A stretch of DNA of 64,000 bases from Protoeuglena noctilucae (Eukaryota): the NCBI GenBank assembly GCA_958009085.1, contig OY253687.1, forward strand, positions 558,001-622,000, in the 5' to 3' direction. The number at the start of each line of letters is the position of its first letter. Within the stretch, counting starts at the first letter, position 1. Both the position numbers and the translations under genes were made by a program. Below are positions 12,626-24,438 of the stretch, one piece after another. The notes beneath the pieces are model-generated. The model was given only the letters and a program-made list of their open reading frames with translations. It did not search any database and was not told the DNA's origin.

Positions 12626-15007
12626 CTACTGCACCCGCCTTGCCCCCGACCCACCCCCGCTCAGCCCACTTGCACCCGAGCCCCTGCTCTGCAGCCCCGT
12701 GCCCAGCTCAGGCACCCCGCTGCCCCAAGAGGTGATCACCGGGCGCCCCAACCCCACCGACGCCTCCACGACGCGCTGTACGGGCATGGCAGACACCGGA
12801 AGCCCCTCCGCCTCGCCCCCCGCCCCTTGCCGCCCCTCCCTCGCCCCAGAACCCCCCGCAGCCCCTGCCTCAGGCCCATCACCCACCACCGTCAGCCCCA
12901 ACACCGGTCCCCTGCCTCTCTCCGGCTCAGCGTCCCTCCCAACCCCAGACGCCTCGCCTTGCGCCCGGCCCCGCCCCTCCCGGTCCCTGTCACCCACCAC
13001 GTGCAATCCCAACACCCCACGCGCCCCCTGCTCGCCCCCCGCCGCTCCTCGTGACACCCCAATGAGGCCCCCGGCCGCAGGAGCGCCAGAGGTCCACACG
13101 CTGGACGGCGCACCTCCCGCGTCGCCCTGCCCCTGCCACCCACGCCCCGACGCTGCCACAGAGCCGTTGCCCGCGCCTCCCTCGCCGCGGCCGTCCGTCT
13201 CGTGAGACAGGTACGCGCCCAGGTGACTGCTCCCCGTGTGCGCCTTGCTGAGGCCCGACGTCGTCCGCATCCCCGGCTCTCCCTTGCCAGAACCCTTGCC
13301 AGAGAACCCCGTGCCGCGGTGCGAGAGGGCGCCCACTCGGCTCTCCATGCGCTGCTCTGCGTGTAAGAAGGGGCGGGGCGGGTGAGCATGGTGTTTAATG
13401 GGTCGGTGTGTTAAATACTAACCACAAGCACAGGGTCTCTGATGAGAGCGTGCTCATAGATGGCGACATGCCGCAGCACAAAGCCCACTGCACACGCACC
13501 CTCCGGAGCCTCGTCGATGCGCCCGAGCTCTAAATCCCCCGACTTGCGCTTCGTGAAGTCGTCTGCGTCGCCCGTGTTGCGCCTCTGCTTGATGGTGACC
13601 AGGATGCCGAATACGGTGGCGAAGATGCAGGAGCACAGGCCCAGGAAACCCATGCCGGCGAGGAAACCGCTCTGGAGCAGGGGAGAACGGAAAGCGACCT
13701 GTCCCGGCTTGACTGCGTGCGTGGGTGGCAGGGAGGCATGAGGAGGGGGTTGACGGGCAGATGCTGGGGTGTGCAGGGTGTGTCTGGCATGGCCACAAGC
13801 ACGGCGCAGATGGTAAGACCAAGCACGCGCAGATCTACCTGAATGACGCAACAAACAAGCCCCACATCCAGCTCCAGTGTATGTGGGGTTGCATGCGAGG
13901 AGTCATCGACAAATGCGACCCAGTCTCCGCTCTCACCGCTGTCGCTGGGGTTGGTCTGGCCGAAGGTAATGTAGCGGTGGCAGCCCCCCTGAATCCACCG
14001 CTGCTGCCACGAAATGGACATCCCCACGGCGACCAGGGCGGCGAGGAAGGAGGGCCAACCAAGGATGAGCATCGTGGCAGCGGCGATGGCGGGAGACTCC
14101 CGCACGTGGCACATGCGCTTGCCGTCGCATCGGAAGAAGTGGCCCGTGCCGAGGGGCACCAGGAAGGCAGCGCATAAGATTATACATGCTGCGGGGACAA
14201 GGAGTGCGTGGGTCGTTGGCTAAGGAACATCGCCACACCGGGGGTGCCTCGGGTCGAAAGCAGGAGCGAGGCTCCGCACCCACGACGAGGATGCCGACGG
14301 TCGACTGCCCATTGGACGTGTCGGTGGCACTCGGATTGTTGATCTGGGTCGCCGGAGCACCGTTTTGGCACGTCGCGCCCTTCTCCAGGCACCAACACAG
14401 CAGCTGGAAGGCCTGCTCCTTGTTCTGAGGGTACTTGGAAGCCTCCGCAACTGCAAGCGAGGTCCGCGCACGGGTCCGGCGGAGCGAGGGCTTCGAAACG
14501 CGCCCGTACAGGCGGGCACTCCGAACTCGCGGCATCGCTCACCGCAGCACAAGACGAAGGCCGCCAGCGCGGCGGTCAAGCAGATGACGTAAAGGAGCTT
14601 CAAGCGCTGCTCCCTGCGCTTCTCGGCGCCCGTCATCAGCCGCTTGGCGGGCGGTTCTGCCACCTGGCAAGTCAGGGAAGGGGCAAGCAGGCGCGTTGGT
14701 AGAAACCACTCGCCCCGCGAATGCCAGAATTTGGATGACAAGTAGAACACAGCGACATCAGCGAAAGCGCGGCCAACGTCCTCGCCCTGCTCACGTCGTA
14801 CAGTCCCCCGTCGTCATAAAAGCCTTCGGGACGGACGCCATCTTCGAGCCTGGCGGAGTTGCCGGGCTCCGGGAAGCCACTCGGCCTCTTCTCCTGCTCG
14901 TTGGCGATGCCCGGGCCCGGCGTCCCGCCCGCGACCGTGAGCCCGAAGGGCACCGAGCCATGCTCCCCACTCCCGTGCTCGAAGCCTGCCTCTGCCTCGA
15001 CCGTCAT
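12626..15007 (-). CDS. Four-TM membrane protein with long low-complexity C-tail, DUF1218-like; 6 exons
   Basis: Six exons splice in frame at GT-AG sites: MTVEAEAG... / LLYVICLTAALAAFVLCC / VAEASKYP...GILVV / ACIILCAAFLV...LGWPSFLAALVAVG...GGC / QSGFLAGMGFLGLCSCIFATVFGILVTIK / EQRMESRV...; TAG at 12626-12628. Confidence 0.6.
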
Positions 15008-16047
15008 GGCAATGAGATCACGAACAGTGCAAAAACTGCCCCAGTTTTTCCATAACTCGCGCGTTTTGCATTTCGATGGCGCAGACTGGCGCACGTCGTC
15101 TGACCGGCGAAAAGTGAGGATCCAGCGACTTGAGCGGGCCCCACGCACCAGTACCGGGAAGTCTGGTCTTCTATCGGCCCGTTGCTCAGCCAGGGACCGC
15201 GCTGGCTCCCTTATTTAGGCACTGGGGCAAATGATAGCAAATGCACGCGCAAGGATGCAATGATGCGCTTGTGGTGAAGAGGGTCGTTTCCTGTCAGCAT
15301 TTACCATAGGCGGGGAGCGCGGGGGGGGAAATGGTCCAGTCGAAGCTGCTGGCCGTGTTCGGCCTGCGCCACAGGCGCACGGTCTACGAGCAAGGTTCCG
15401 GAGGTGATGCAGCGCATATAGGAACTAGCCGTTGCTGACGCGAAACGGCGGGTGGCTCTCCAGGCTAGAAATCCAGGGCTCGAATCTGCCTGGGCCTGTG
15501 TAGAGGCCGTTTCAGGGCATCTTGGGGTGTCTGTTGGGCGCGAGAAATCATATTTGACCAGGCCAACGCACTGCGCTCCCGTTGTTAAGCGCGACCGCCG
15601 TTTTTGACTGCACCTTTTGTTGCGCGCTCTCGGCCTCGCGCTCCGTGCGCTCTGCAGCGAGTAGAGGCGTTCCTGAGATGCACATGCCGCTCCCAGTGCC
15701 TTCCGCGACTGTACGCCACGGGATGCCTGTCTCGGGCCGCACGCGAAAGCGATCGCGCTTCCGACTTGATGCGGCGGCCGTGCGCGCTCCCGCCCGGCGG
15801 GCGGCAGTGGGGGACAGTGCCTTGCGAACCGTATGTCTCTCACCTGGGACTTCCGCGAGCCTCACGGGCTTTGATTGCTGGGTTGGGGAGCTTGTGCCGT
15901 TTCCGCCGCGGCCTGTGGTGGGCAGCCCTTCCTCCTCGTCGCGTGCTTGTGACGCCATCCCTCGCTCGCGGACAAGGCATGCGACTCCTCCGCTGGTGAC
16001 GAGGTCGCGTCTGGTCCCCGAGGCGCGCGCACGCGACCCTCCCCGCA

Positions 16048-19000
16048 GGCACGACTCGGGTGCTCGTGATGAACGATCCGGAGGGCTCCATGAACCAGCA
16101 CGCCAAGTACGCGACGAACTACATCACGACGGCCAAGTATACGCTGTTGACGTTCCTGCCCGTGTCGCTGGTGAGAGGAGGTCTGGTCTGGAATGGCTAG
16201 ATGCAGCTCGGAAGGCCCGCCTCGCTCCCTTGCCGAGAGGCCGACCCGTGTTTGCAATCGTTTCAGTGCTCTGCGTTTGCTCTATGCTTCCTGTGCTGCC
16301 CCTGCGCGGAAATGTGAGTTCCACCTCCCACAGTTCGAGCAATACCGTCGCCCCGCCAACGCGTACTTCACGCTGATGGCGGCCCTGTCGCTGACGGCGC
16401 TGTCTCCGTTCAGCCCCGTGACCACCTTCCTGCCGCTGGGCTGGGTCCTGGGCCTCTCAATCCTCAAAGAGGGCTATGAGGACTTCCGGCGCCACAAATC
16501 CGACGCGGGTGAGACTTTTGCAAAGCGCTCGCTTCATGACGATGCTCAAACGCGACCGATGCGCTCGCTGGCGGGCCGCGTGGTCGGCCATCCCAGCGAG
16601 CGCTGTGGTGGAGGGCATTACGAGTAGTGGGTGCGGACTTGTAAAAGCACGCACCGCTCTCTGCGCCGCAGAGGAGAATGGTCGACACGTGGACGTGTTC
16701 AGCCAGGCGGAGGGCCGCTTCCAGCGGCGTCGCTGGGACGAGGTGCAGGTCGGGGACGTGGTCCGCGTGCGCAAGGACGAGATGCTCCCTGCTGACCTCC
16801 TCCTGCTCAACTCGTCGACGGACGAGGGCGTGTGCTACGTGGAGACTGCCAACCTGGATGGGGAGACGAATCTGAAGATCAAGAAGGGGCCGGACGAGAC
16901 GCGATGGGTCACGGAGAGGTGAGGGCGCCATGCCGAGGCGGACGGCGGTGTGTGCGGAAGGCTACGCTGGGGTGGCGAGGTCCGTTTCCACTCCTCTGCA
17001 CGCAGCGAGGTGGCAAACTTCCACGGAGAGCTGGAGTGCGAGCTGCCCAACCCGCACCTCTACACGTTTGTGGGCAACATGCACATCCCGCAGCGGGGTA
17101 GCGATGCGCCCGTCAAGCTGCCCCTGCACCCCTCCCAGGTGACTGACTCGTCGGCCTCCTTCTGCGCCCGTGTTTGCCCTGAATCTCTGGCCAAAGCTGC
17201 TGTGGTTCTGCGTGCCCTACTATCCAATTGATCCCTGGCTCCATCCCTGACGTGCTGTGCCGGCGTGACGTGCTTCTAAGCATGTTGCAGTGACAATGAA
17301 CGAGCTGTGGTCTGCGTCTCTCGTTTTCCGCAGATCTTGCTGCGTGGCTCTGCATTGCGCAAGACGGCCTGGGCCATCGGGGCGGTCATCTACACGGGGG
17401 CCGAGACCAAGGTGTTTATGAACTCGAGCAGCGCCAAGAGCAAGCGGTCCACGATCGAGCGGTCGATCGACCAGGTCGTCGTCTTCATGTTCATCCTCCT
17501 CTTCACCCTGTGGTGCGTGCGCAGCGCGACGCACGATGCCTGCGGACCCGCCCGGCTTGACGCTCGACGCTCTTTTGATGATGTTGCTGTGTCATTGTTA
17601 TGCGATTATACCAGTCTTTGGTGGCCTTTGGCATCGCGGCGGCCCTGGGCTCCGCCGCGCACACCGCAGCTCTGTGCTGTCAGCACATGCCCGCGCTCCC
17701 TGTCGCCCCCGCAGCGTCATCAGCGCGAGCCTGGCGACTGCGTGGGTGGACGGCTTCCGCGTCCACTGGTACCTCCAGCCGGTGGCGATCGGACAGGAGA
17801 ACGCGCAGTACAACGCGGACCGCAAGGGTCTCGTCTTCATCTTCACTTTCCTCAACACACTGGTGCGCGCCGCGGAAAGCTTTTCTTACTATTTGTAGCA
17901 GCCGCAGTCGCGCCGCGACCCGGCCTTGTCTGCAAGCCGCAGCTTTGTCCGCGAGGCGCAGCGTCGTCTGCAAAGCCGCTCGATGCGAGCTGCGCTTTTC
18001 CCGAATCTCCCGGCTCCTCTCTCGTTTCGCAGGTTTTGTACGGGTACCTGGTGCCCATTTCTCTGTACGTGTCGGTGGAGATCGTGCGCATCATCGTCTC
18101 CATGCTCCTCATCAACACTGACATCAGCATGTACGACCCGATCAGCAACCAGCCGTGCCAGGCGCGCACGTCGAACCTGAACGACGAGCTCGGCATGATC
18201 GAGATCGTGCTGTCGGACAAGACGGGGACGCTCACCCAGAACCAGGCGAGAGCTGCGGCCATTGGGTCCGTCTGAATGCCTTGCGCCAGTGCCCGTGCTG
18301 TGCGTGCGGACGCCCGCTGCAGGCCCCGACCGTGACCTAATTATAGTAAATTACCGAATATTTACATCTGCAGATGGAGTTCTTCAAGTGCTCGATCGCC
18401 GGGGTCGACTACGGCATTGGCAAGACGGAGGTGGAGCGTGCGTTGGAGTCTAAGCTGCCGAACGGGGCCGACGGTCACGTGGGCGCGTCTCAGGTGGAGG
18501 AGGACGACCCCGCGCAGCTGGCCAAGGTCGAGGAGGCGCGGGAGAAGGGGTTCAATTTCTGGGACGACCGACTCATGGAGGGCGCGTGGGAGGCACAGCC
18601 CTCACGGCAGGTGCGGGGGAGAGGGAGAGGGGGCGGTGCGAGCGGCGAGTGGCTATCTGTCGCACTTGGGATTGGCTGCGCACGAGGTCGACAGGGCAAG
18701 CGGCGAGGGGCTAGCGGGGGTTAAAGCATGGAGGCGATGATGTGAGCGGCCAGGAGCTATGGTGTGAGCGGCCAGGAGCTACATGCCATGGTCAAACCCA
18801 TGAGCACATCGCCACCCTCTCACGCAGAGCATCGAGCTCTTCCTCCGCTGTTTGGCCGTGTGCCACACCGTCATCCCCGATGGCCCCGCGGACCCCGACG
18901 CCATCACTTATGAGGCCGAGTCGCCCGACGAGGAGGCGCTGCTCGTTGCTGCCAAGAAGATGGGGTTCTTTTTCCACAAGAGGCGAGTCCTGGGCAATTG

Positions 19001-20432
19001 TGGTGGCGGCGGTGGTTGCTTCCCAGCTAACCTTAGTTCACTCCATATGTCGTGTTAAGCGAGGTTAGTTCTACGTTGGGGATGGTTACTAAACAGGAGC
19101 TTTACCCGAGCTAGCTCCCCGTACTTTCGCATACGCATCCCGCTCAGCCACCACCTTACACTTACCCCCGCAGGAGCACGACGACGGTGACAGTCCGCGA
19201 GACGGCGCGCGGGCGGACGCAAGACGTGACGTACGAGCTGTTGAACGTGCTGGACTTCAACTCGACACGCAAGCGCATGAGCGTGGTGTGCCGGCGCGAC
19301 GACGGCCGCATCATCCTCTTCTGCAAGGGCGCGGACTCTGTCATCTACGAGCGACTGGGGGACGACACGCCGAGGGACGTGAGGGACAACACGCGGCTGC
19401 ACCTGCAGGTGAGGGCACGCGTTGCACCTGCGGGTGAGGGCGGGGGTTAGGGTAGCTACACCAGGATGCATGCGGGAGTGGGTGGGGATGGGTTGGGTGT
19501 TGGGTGGTGCCCGGTGGGCTGGGCGTGATGGGGGCAATAGGTGCTGTGCCTGGCCTTTCAGGGATGTCTTGCGTAATGCTTCTCGTTCCCATCCCTGCCC
19601 CCGTAGCGTTTCGCGGACGCGGGCCCGCGGACGCTGTGCCTGGCCTTCACGGAGGTCCGTGGGAAGGACTACGACCGTTGGGCGCAGGTGTACAACGCGG
19701 CCCGGACGAGCATCGAGGGGCGGGAGGAGAAGTTGATGGCGGCGTACGAGTTGATCGAGAAGAACCTCGTGTTGCTGGGGGCCACGGCCATCGAGGACAA
19801 GCTGCAGGTGAGAGTTGGAGTGGGATGGCTGGTGGGGGGCGGCGGTACTGAGGAGGACGCGGGTGCGTGGGGTTGGATGGATGGTTGGTTGGTTTGCGGG
19901 GGGTGGTGCTCATGAAGCCGAGCAGCTGTCATGCGCCATCGCCACCCATGCATCAGCTGCGCTCCACTCCTTCCCGCCACGCTTCCCCATCCGCCGCACT
20001 GTGCCGCAACTTAGACGTTGCATCCATCTCCTCTGCGCGGCGACCCTCGCAGGTGGGCGTTCCCAAGACGATCGAGCAGCTACTGGATGCGGGCATCAAG
20101 GTTTGGGTGCTCACGGGAGACAAACTGGAGACCGCGGTGAACATCGGCCACGCCTGCAACTTGCTGCGGCACGACATGGACATCACGGTGCTCAACGCCG
20201 ACACGCGGGACGTGATCGCGCTCGAGGAGCAGCGGCAGAGGCGAGTGTTGGGGGTGCTGGTGTGGTGTGGGTTAGGGTTGTGATGTGGCTGGGATGGCTG
20301 GGATGGGTGCAAGTGTGCCACTCTCACCCTCACCCCCACCCCCACCCTCACCCTCACCCTCACCCCCACCCTCACCCTCACCTTCACTGCCACCCTCACC
20401 CTCACCCTCGCCCTCACCCTCACCTTCACTGC

Positions 20433-20469
<37 letters not shown>

Positions 20470-20476
20470 GCCCTCG

Positions 20477-20537
<61 letters not shown>

Positions 20538-23252
20538 CGCCACAGGGACAAGGCGGTGGAGAAGGCAAGGGAGGAGACGCGGAGGCAGCTGGACGAGGCA
20601 TATGCTCGTGTGGTGGAGCGTAGGCATTCGTCGATCGAGGGGGCGTCGCCACATGCCGAGGAGCCCGACTTTGGGCTGGTGGTGGCGGGGCGGGCGCTGG
20701 GGCATTGCCTCGAGGACGACGCGGTGCGGGGGAGGTTCTGGCAGGTGAGGGGTGCCAGAAAAGGATGCTTTGGGTTGCGTCTGCGGAGAGGGTGGACACC
20801 ACACACCCTGTCCGCCCCACGCTGCGCCAACGCATGTGTTCAGCACGTGTTTAGGAAACAGACCAAGCCTCACCCTGTCCCACCCCGTACATGCCCCGAC
20901 GCATGCGTGACCGAACCTCACCCTCCCCTGTCCCGTATACCCCGCAGCTGGCCAGTCGGTGTAGCAGCGTGGTGTGCTGCCGCGTGAGCCCGAAGGAGAA
21001 GGGCATGGTGACCAAGCTGTGCGGGGACATGGGCCTGAGGACGCTGGCGATTGGGGACGGTGCGAATGACGTGCAGATGATCCGGCAGGCCCAAGTGGGC
21101 GTGGGGATATCGGGGTTCGAGGGGAGGCAGGCCGTGATGGCTAGCGACTTTGCCATCGCGCAGTTCCGGTTCCTCGAGACGCTGCTGCTCGTGCACGGGA
21201 GGTGGTGCTACAAACGCGTCAGGTGAGGCCGGAGAGAGGGCGAGAGCCTAAGTAACTCTGGCTCCTTGGCTTTGCATATGGGTGCACGCTGCGGTTGGCT
21301 GACCCTCCTCGCTTGACAGATGCCCACTCCTCCCCTATTGGGGTGCCTGGAATGTTGTTACACGTAGTGTTACATGGTGCTTGCTTGCTTATCGCTAACT
21401 TCCATCGCTCATCGTTCACCGCCCCCCCCCCCCCCGCAGTCGCATGGTCAACTACTTTTTCCACAAGAACATCGTCTTCGGCCTCTCGATCTTCTACTCC
21501 AACGCCACGTCGCGCTTCACGGGTGGGATGACCTATGACGAGTTCTACATCTCCATCTACAACGTCATATTCACGGCCCTGCCGCCCGTGATCGTGGGCA
21601 TTTTCGACCAGGACGTGCCGAGGGAAGCGTGCTATCGGTACCCCGGGCTGTACCGCCAGGGTATTGATAACCACTACTTCAGCATCCGCGCGCGCGTGGG
21701 GTGGACCCTGTCGGCGCTCGCGCAGAGTGCCCTGGTCTACTACCCCGCGATGGCATGCCTGAATTTGGTGTCGGCCGGGTCTGACGGCCACGCCTACTCG
21801 CTGTGGATGACCGGCATCACCCTCTTCACCTGCGTCATCGTCACCGTGCACCTCCAGCTCATCATCGGTGAGGGTTGCGCGTGCTTATTGCGAACACCAT
21901 CCCACGCCTCTTCTAGCAAACACCATCCTGTACTACGCTCTCTCCAACTGACCGGCAGCACAGAACTGGCTGCACTGCTCCACTGCCATTCACCATCCTC
22001 TCTCATGGTTCCTCTCACCCCACCTTTCCCAGTCCTGGACTTCTGGAACTGGCTGCACCACTTCTCCATCTGGGGCTCCATCATCGTCTGGTTCATCTTC
22101 CTCCTCATCTACGGCGCCCTGCCGCCCGGCTTCACCGTCACCGAGCACGTGTGGCTCATGTTCCGAGAGATGGTCGGGCCGCTCCCCAAGAACTGGTTCG
22201 TCGTGCTTTGCATCCCCGCCCTCGCCGTATTCCCGGAGTTCTTCTTTCGAGCGGTGAAGAGGCAAATGTACCCGGACGACCACCACATCGTGCAGGAGTA
22301 CCTCAAGGTGAGGCAGGCAGCGACAGTGACATGGACATGGATGAGTGTGTTGCATGGGGTGAAGGTGAGGCAAACAGTGGCGTGGAAGAGGGTGCTACAT
22401 GGGGTAGCCAAACGACCGCTACATCGTGCAGGAGTATTTAAGGTGAGGCGGGGAGTAGGTCGGTGCTGGAGAGGGCGAGGGGTGGTGCGAGTGAAGGTGC
22501 TTTAGATGGGTGACGATGAATGGGCGAAAAGTGTCCTAACAGGCCCCCCCCCTTGCTGACTCCTTCACCTTCGCTACATCGTCGCGTCTCCCGCCCCATG
22601 AGCCCAGTACAAGGAGCGGAGTTACTTTAGCCAGCGATCGAACGAGCACCTGGCACGTGCCATCGCGGCTGCCCTGCGCGAGAGGGAGCTCGAGTCGTCG
22701 CACCACCGGGCGCGGTCCACGGCGAACGGAGCGTCGATGCCGGGGGAGGACCTCGAGGAGGGCCCGGCGCAGTCTGACGCGGGGGCGGACGCCAGATCGG
22801 CCGTGTCGGCAAGGTCGGCCAAGTCGGGAAAGTCCCGGGGCAAGCCGCCCGTGGCGCCCTTCTCGGCGCGCGCGTCGCGGCAGTCCCGGCCCTCGCGCGC
22901 CTCCAAGCCCGGGGAGCCGCCGGATGTGGAGGAAGGGGCGAGCGGGGCGGCGATGCGGTCTCCGCTCGCCCGGGCGTCCAGCAACGCCCAGATCATGAGG
23001 GCGCTGTCCCAGCGCGCTTCGGGGCAGTTATCGAATCCCCCGGGCTCCCCCTTCACTCCGAAGAGCCCCTTCGACACGCCGGGGGCCTACACGACCCAGA
23101 TGGTACGGAGGCAGTCTCTGCCGCCTGCGCCGGGGACAGGGGGGCCGCAGCTCGACTGGAGCAGCGGCGTGATGGGGAGCATGGACTTGGACGTGCATCA
23201 CTACGTGACTTCACAGATGAACCGCGCCGCCGACGTCGACCCGCAGCGGTGA
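16048..23252 (+). CDS. Phospholipid-transporting P4-type ATPase (ALA/flippase); about 17 exons; first exon(s) upstream of 16048 not resolved
   Basis: [120 protein letters not shown]. Confidence 0.96.
20324..20538. repeat. (CACCCT)n hexanucleotide microsatellite in a P4-ATPase intron, next to the acceptor at 20544
   Basis: Directly visible tandem CACCCT with CACCCC/CGCCCT variants. Confidence 0.95.
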
Positions 23253-24438
23253 GGGCCGCGGGCAGTGTCGAGGCGCGGCTGGCTGGACGGCAGGGTTTCT
23301 GGGCACCAGGAGTACACGAGAGTCCTTTTGTGCCCTTTTAACTTCCAATCGTCTCGCTTCGCCGCAGCCACAAGCGCGGATACAGCGGGGAGGCCGTCGT
23401 GCTCGACACGATGCTGCAAGCTCCGGTGGACGACATCCTGGAGGTGCGACTCGGATGTCATGGTTGCTTGCGTCTCTTATGAATGCCATCGCGGTCGCGT
23501 GATGCGCTCAGGGGCTGACATGCAGCCCCCGCTTGGCCGCAGATGGAGAAGAGCGAGGATCGCGTGCCACACCACCGAAGAGGCGCCCGCGGCGCACAAT
23601 AGCGAGAACAGGCAGCCCGTTTGACATGCTCATACACACCAGCACATCAGCTGCTAGCCCTTCCCCTCCGCGTAGAGGCGGGGCAGCGATTGCCTCGTCC
23701 TGCCTTCTTTCTCCCGCGGCTGCTCGTAAAGTTTCACGCACGTCAAGTGACCTAGCTACCAAGCGACTGAATCAGTGCAGAAGATGGAACAACACATGCA
23801 ACCTGCGACACGCCAGCGAAAAATCAGCTTGGGCCACTTCCCTCTTTTCTCCGGGCAAGACGCCGCATTCTGGTCGTCGCATCCCAGCTGCAGGTCGTGC
23901 TTGTCGGCTGTTGGCTCGCGCCCTCAGTCGCTGCCCTAGAGACTAGAGAGGAGGATATACCGCTGAGCTTGCTCGCCCATCCGTCGACGATTTGGTAACT
24001 TTTGCTGAGGCGGTGTCGATGGAAGGTGAGGGGCCTTGCTCGCTTCGCCCTTCACCCGGGCGTGTCGGAGGAGCCTCGCGGCGATGCGCTGTGTCGCCGG
24101 TTTGGCCGAGCAGAGAGAACATTCGCCCGTGATTTACTTTCTTGCCTGCCCGCGACATCGGCGGGGGCTGGGCTCGCCCGGCAGCGCGGGCATCCAACCC
24201 CATGTCGCTCGCCAACGCGCCGCTTGTCTCGCTTTTCGGGTCCGAAATGCTTGTGGTTCGTCACGAAAGGTGTCTTCCGCGTGCCGGAGAGAGAGCGTCG
24301 GCGCCGGTGTTCGCGCAGCTGCCACGCAGGGCGAGGCAACAGGAGGCATGGAGCATCACCCCAAACCCGGCCCCCCCACGCCCGCAGGCCCCGCAGGTTG
24401 CGTCACCTGCGGCTACGCGTTCTAATACGCTGGCACCC

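Noticed and set aside
20285..20623. Extensin-like (SP)n or (HP)n protein
   Set aside because: Translation of an intronic CACCCT microsatellite; flanking ATPase exons join in frame without it.
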